Shown piece by piece: positions 4,938 through 7,237 of a stretch of DNA of 7,237 nt; the first letter of the stretch is position 1, and each line of letters starts with the position of its first letter. Origin of the DNA: Candidatus Caldarchaeales archaeon (GTDB lineage: Archaea > Thermoproteota > Nitrososphaeria_A > Caldarchaeales > Calditenuaceae). The translations under genes were made by a program, and so were the position numbers. The stretch is from NCBI GenBank assembly GCA_032249095.1, contig JAVVGN010000086.1, forward strand, positions 1 to 7,237, given 5' to 3'. Below the pieces are notes generated by a model. That model was not told the DNA's origin and did not search any database. It was given only the letters and a program-made list of their open reading frames with translations.

Positions 4938-5699
4938 TTACTCGAGCCTAACTGGTAGGCTGTCTGTGTCGAGGATTACCTCGTCGCGCCTTAGATGCAT
5001 CTTGAGTGCGTAGACCTCGACTCCCGCCTTCCACGCCTCGCGGAGCATGGTGCAGAGCTGTGGGTCGACCTCGCAGCAGGGCCTGAATCCTGTGCAGAGG
5101 GGGTGGGCCGAGATGAAGGCTATGATGGCTCTGAGGCCTCTCCGAGCCGCATCTACCAGCACCTCCACATGCCTACGCCCCCTCTCCGAGACCGCGTCGG
5201 GATACATGCAAAACCCCTCGCGGGATAGGTAGACGGCGGACTTGAGCTCGAGGAGGCCGCGCCCCCCGGGCCCCTCAACAGCGTAGTCGATCCTCGAGCC
5301 GCGGTACCGAGCTTCCCGCGCCAAGGCCCTCCAGCCCCCCAGCCAGCCCACGAGGCCCCGCGCCCACGCCTCCTCAAAGGCGGCCGCCTGCGTCGGTGGG
5401 TCTATGATGGCGGCGGCCTCGTCTTCAACCCTGACTCCCACGATGACACCCCTCGTCTTCCCCAGCTCCCTAGGCGCGTAGAGGAGGGTGCTGCCTGGGT
5501 AGATGAGGTCGACGAGTCTTCCCGTGTTTCTTGTGTGGAGCCTCAGCGTCCCGAGCGGTGTGCTGACCTCGACCACAAACCTGTTCAGCCTCCGTAGGGC
5601 GACGGCCTCCTCCAGTGCGAGCTTGAGGAGCACACGGGGCTCCAAGCGCCTGAGAGGTCTTCTAGGGCTCCGCCCAAAAAGGGTTGTCGAGCGTCGCAC
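4938..5699 (-). CDS. sfsA: SfsA (sugar fermentation stimulation protein A family nuclease-like protein)
   Basis: RRLNRFVVEV...LHTRNTGRL matches the N-terminal RYKRF...HCPNTG motif. LELKSAVY...YPDAVSERGRRHVEVL...GLRAIIAF...F.PC.EVDP...L.EA...GVEVYA matches the C-terminal nuclease-like half of E. coli SfsA as recalled. The start is either GTG at 5699 or the in-frame GTG at 5633, which gives a family-typical N-terminus. Confidence 0.85.
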   Translation of the reverse strand: MRRSTTLFGRSPRRPLRRLEPRVLLKLALEEAVALRRLNRFVVEVSTPLGTLRLHTRNTGRLVDLIYPGSTLLYAPRELGKTRGVIVGVRVEDEAAAIIDPPTQAAAFEEAWARGLVGWLGGWRALAREARYRGSRIDYAVEGPGGRGLLELKSAVYLSREGFCMYPDAVSERGRRHVEVLVDAARRGLRAIIAFISAHPLCTGFRPCCEVDPQLCTMLREAWKAGVEVYALKMHLRRDEVILDTDSLPVRLE

Positions 5700-5723
5700 C
5701 TCGAGTCATCCGCCCCCACTCCT

Positions 5724-6488
5724 CTACGGCGTCGAGAGAAGAGCGAGGATGTACGAGAGTAGGAGGCTTGCGAGTGATCCGAGGATCCAGGCCGCCACTA
5801 TTCTCCTGAGGGTACCCCATCCTATTAAGTGGGGTGAGCCCATGGTCGAGATTAGGGCTGAGGCGAGTAGGTAGTGGGTTAGGCTCGTCGGGATTGATAG
5901 GTTAAGGAAGAGAAGCATGGTGAGGGAGGAGGCGAGGCCTGAGGATATGCCCTGCTGGGGGGAGTACCTGATAACTCTCTCCGCAAGTATGTCGCGTATG
6001 CTACGCCCAAATACTAGGAACCCTAGGATCCAGGCGGCAGACAGCAGGAGATGTGAGAGGGGCCATCCGGCTAGAGGTATGAGGGAGCTGATGACGCCTA
6101 TGTTGTTCGCGGCGATGGAATAGGACATGGAGACACCGATGGCGTAGAGCGAGGCCCTGTTGACAGCGTCCAGCGAGAGGAGGTCTAGCCTCGAGAAGAG
6201 TCTCCTTCCGGCGGCGTGGAGTAGGGCTGTAAGTAGGCCAGCTACGAAGGCTCCGCCAACCCAGGCTAGCCCGAGCAGTAAAAGTGTGATAATACTTGGG
6301 TAAACGTTTTGAGCCATAGCCACGCCGATCAGCGAGAGTGTGAGGACGTGGGAGTAGCTTATGGGCTTGGAAAGGGCCGATCCAGCCGCCATTGCTGAGA
6401 ACGTTACCGCTACAGCCAAAGCGAGGGTCCCGGGCTCAAGATACCCGCCGAGGATGATGGCATAATTCATCTTCCAACCCTCGAGCAC
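5724..6488 (-). CDS. PiT-like (COG0306-type) inorganic ion permease, major C-terminal part
   Basis: Polytopic hydrophobic protein. SYSIAANNIGVISS resembles the second GANDVAN-type PiT signature. A DUF47/PhoU-like gene lies next to it. The reading frame continues upstream if one base of the C7 run is removed (see next feature). Confidence 0.55.
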   Translation of the reverse strand: MLEGWKMNYAIILGGYLEPGTLALAVAVTFSAMAAGSALSKPISYSHVLTLSLIGVAMAQNVYPSIITLLLLGLAWVGGAFVAGLLTALLHAAGRRLFSRLDLLSLDAVNRASLYAIGVSMSYSIAANNIGVISSLIPLAGWPLSHLLLSAAWILGFLVFGRSIRDILAERVIRYSPQQGISSGLASSLTMLLFLNLSIPTSLTHYLLASALISTMGSPHLIGWGTLRRIVAAWILGSLASLLLSYILALLSTP

Positions 6489-6537
6489 CGTCCCAGCAAC
6501 AGTCCCCAGCGCTACGACTAGGGCTAGGGTCTTGTCC

Positions 6538-6645
6538 TTACCCCCCCATCCCCGCCTTCAGCATACTGAAGAGGAAGGCTCCGTTGTTTGATCCGTGGGC
6601 TCCGGCTGTTGCGATCAGCAGGGCGGTCAGAATCCATGCCTCCAA
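6538..6645 (-). pseudogene. N-terminal 35 codons of the same PiT-like permease, separated by a frameshift
   Basis: A TTG at 6645 opens MEAWILTALLIATAGAHGSNNGAFLFSMLKAGMGG*, in which AHGSNNG is like the first PiT signature. With 6 instead of 7 C at 6541-6547 the frame runs on as ...MGGKDKTLALVVALGTVAGTVLEGWKMNY into ORF 5724-6488. A TATA-like ctataag at 6678-6684 is suitably placed for this start. Confidence 0.45.
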
Positions 6646-6775
6646 AAACTTTGCGCCAACCCTCCCTCACCCCCAACCTATAAGAACATCGCGGGCCTTG
6701 CTCACCACGTGTTGCAGTGTGGTTGGGGTCCCGGAAGGTTGAAAAGCTTCGCGGCGGAGCTTTTGGGGGGCCTGT

Positions 6776-7018
6776 ATGGGTTTCAGGAGGTTGCTGAGGC
6801 CTCTGGTGAGGCGTGAGGCGGAGATCTTCGCCGACCTGCTGAGGTTCGGCGAGATGAATCGGATGGCCGTCAACTCGTTGGCAGAGATGCTTGACGCTGT
6901 TGCAGCAAACAACTTGGAGCTGGCTTCGGCGAAGTATAGGGAGGTGCTTGAGAGCGAGGTGGCCGCTGACTTCCTCAAGAGGCAGATATCCGAGGCTATA
7001 GCTACTGGGAACTTCTAG
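6776..7018 (+). CDS. DUF47 / PhoU-like phosphate-transport accessory protein, N-terminal fragment only (80 aa)
   Basis: EIFADLL...AEMLDAV...YREVLESEVAADFLKRQISEAIATGNF fits the N-terminal helices of DUF47 proteins (..lE.eAD.i.r.i...L...F). The family is normally ~200 aa and typically paired with PiT. This ORF stops inside the palindrome at 7015-7030. Confidence 0.5.
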   Translation: MGFRRLLRPLVRREAEIFADLLRFGEMNRMAVNSLAEMLDAVAANNLELASAKYREVLESEVAADFLKRQISEAIATGNF

Positions 7019-7030
7019 GAGAACTCCTAG
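7015..7030. repeat. Perfect 7-bp inverted repeat (ctaggag aa ctcctag) bracketed by the 7-bp direct repeat aacttct (7010-7016 and 7034-7040)
   Basis: Read directly from the sequence. Confidence 0.85.
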
Positions 7031-7237
7031 GATAACTTCTTATCAGTCGGGCTAACATAGTATCTTATCTTGTTAAAGTCGAGTTTGCTGAGGTCGGCGC
7101 CCCAAGTAGGCATCGCTTTCTCCAAGAATATTTTATAAGCCTTTAGACGCGTCTACCTCATCCACTCAGGTCAGGCTCGCCCCTGAGAGGGTGATCCTCG
7201 TTTACGTTGATGAATCCAAAGAGAGTAGGAAGGTTGT

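Noticed and set aside
4585-6123. Overlapping ORFs 4585-4824, 4995-5228, 5047-5232, 5153-5377, 5503-5874 and 5917-6123
   Set aside because: All lie in alternative frames or antisense within sufU, sfsA or the PiT-like gene. They are typical GC-rich shadow ORFs without motifs.
6595-6978. ORFs 6595-6816 (+) and 6667-6978 (-)
   Set aside because: The first spans the divergent promoter spacer between the PiT-like and DUF47-like genes. The second is antisense to the DUF47-like ORF. Neither has recognisable motifs.
7191-7237. Possible start of a plus-strand gene (GTG at 7191, MILVYVDESKESRKV..., SD-like gagagg at 7185-7190, ttttataa at 7131-7138)
   Set aside because: Only 15 codons are inside the window, which is too little to support a call. 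It is merely consistent with a gene beginning here.
1-7237. Search for CRISPR arrays, tRNA/rRNA genes and long tandem arrays
   Set aside because: There are no regularly spaced direct repeats of 24-40 bp with unique spacers. No tRNA-like T-loop or acceptor pattern and no rRNA-like segments were recognised by eye.

Overview
The window looks archaeal, in the style of a hyperthermophilic crenarchaeote. Genes are GC-rich with many AGG/ATA/CTC codons and GTG/TTG starts. Spacers are AT-rich, with TATA boxes about 25-45 nt before the starts. Content from left to right: (i) 1-565 is the T/pyrimidine-skewed 5' leader of an IS110-like element on the minus strand, running off the window edge. (ii) 792-2321 is a PIN/PilT-type ATPase (COG1855-like) with a 37-bp tandem duplication across its stop codon. 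(iii) 2463 to about 4100 is a second, complete copy of the element on the plus strand. It has a ~270-nt conserved non-coding leader and a 104-aa ORF (2734-3048). That ORF is coupled by an ATGA overlap to a 285-aa protein (3045-3902) with a clear IS110/Piv-type DEDD signature (FIDFG, VVADS, GLRKTDENDVKAL). The protein has no serine at the canonical nucleophile position. A hairpin containing G.U pairs and a leader-like CT-rich motif follow the gene. (iv) About 4110-4340 is GC-rich and apparently decayed coding sequence. (v) 4406-4801 is a SufU/IscU-like Fe-S scaffold. (vi) 4938-5699 (minus) is SfsA. (vii) 5724-6645 (minus) is a PiT-like permease split by a frameshift in a C7 run. (viii) 6776-7018 is a DUF47/PhoU-like N-terminal fragment ending in a palindrome. 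The best candidate for something new is the two-gene IS110-like module with its long leader. By analogy with the bridge RNA/seekRNA-guided IS110/IS1111 recombinases, it may be an archaeal RNA-guided recombinase variant. All of this rests on motifs and alignments read by eye and needs HMM, structure and transcript checks. No rRNA, tRNA or CRISPR array was seen.
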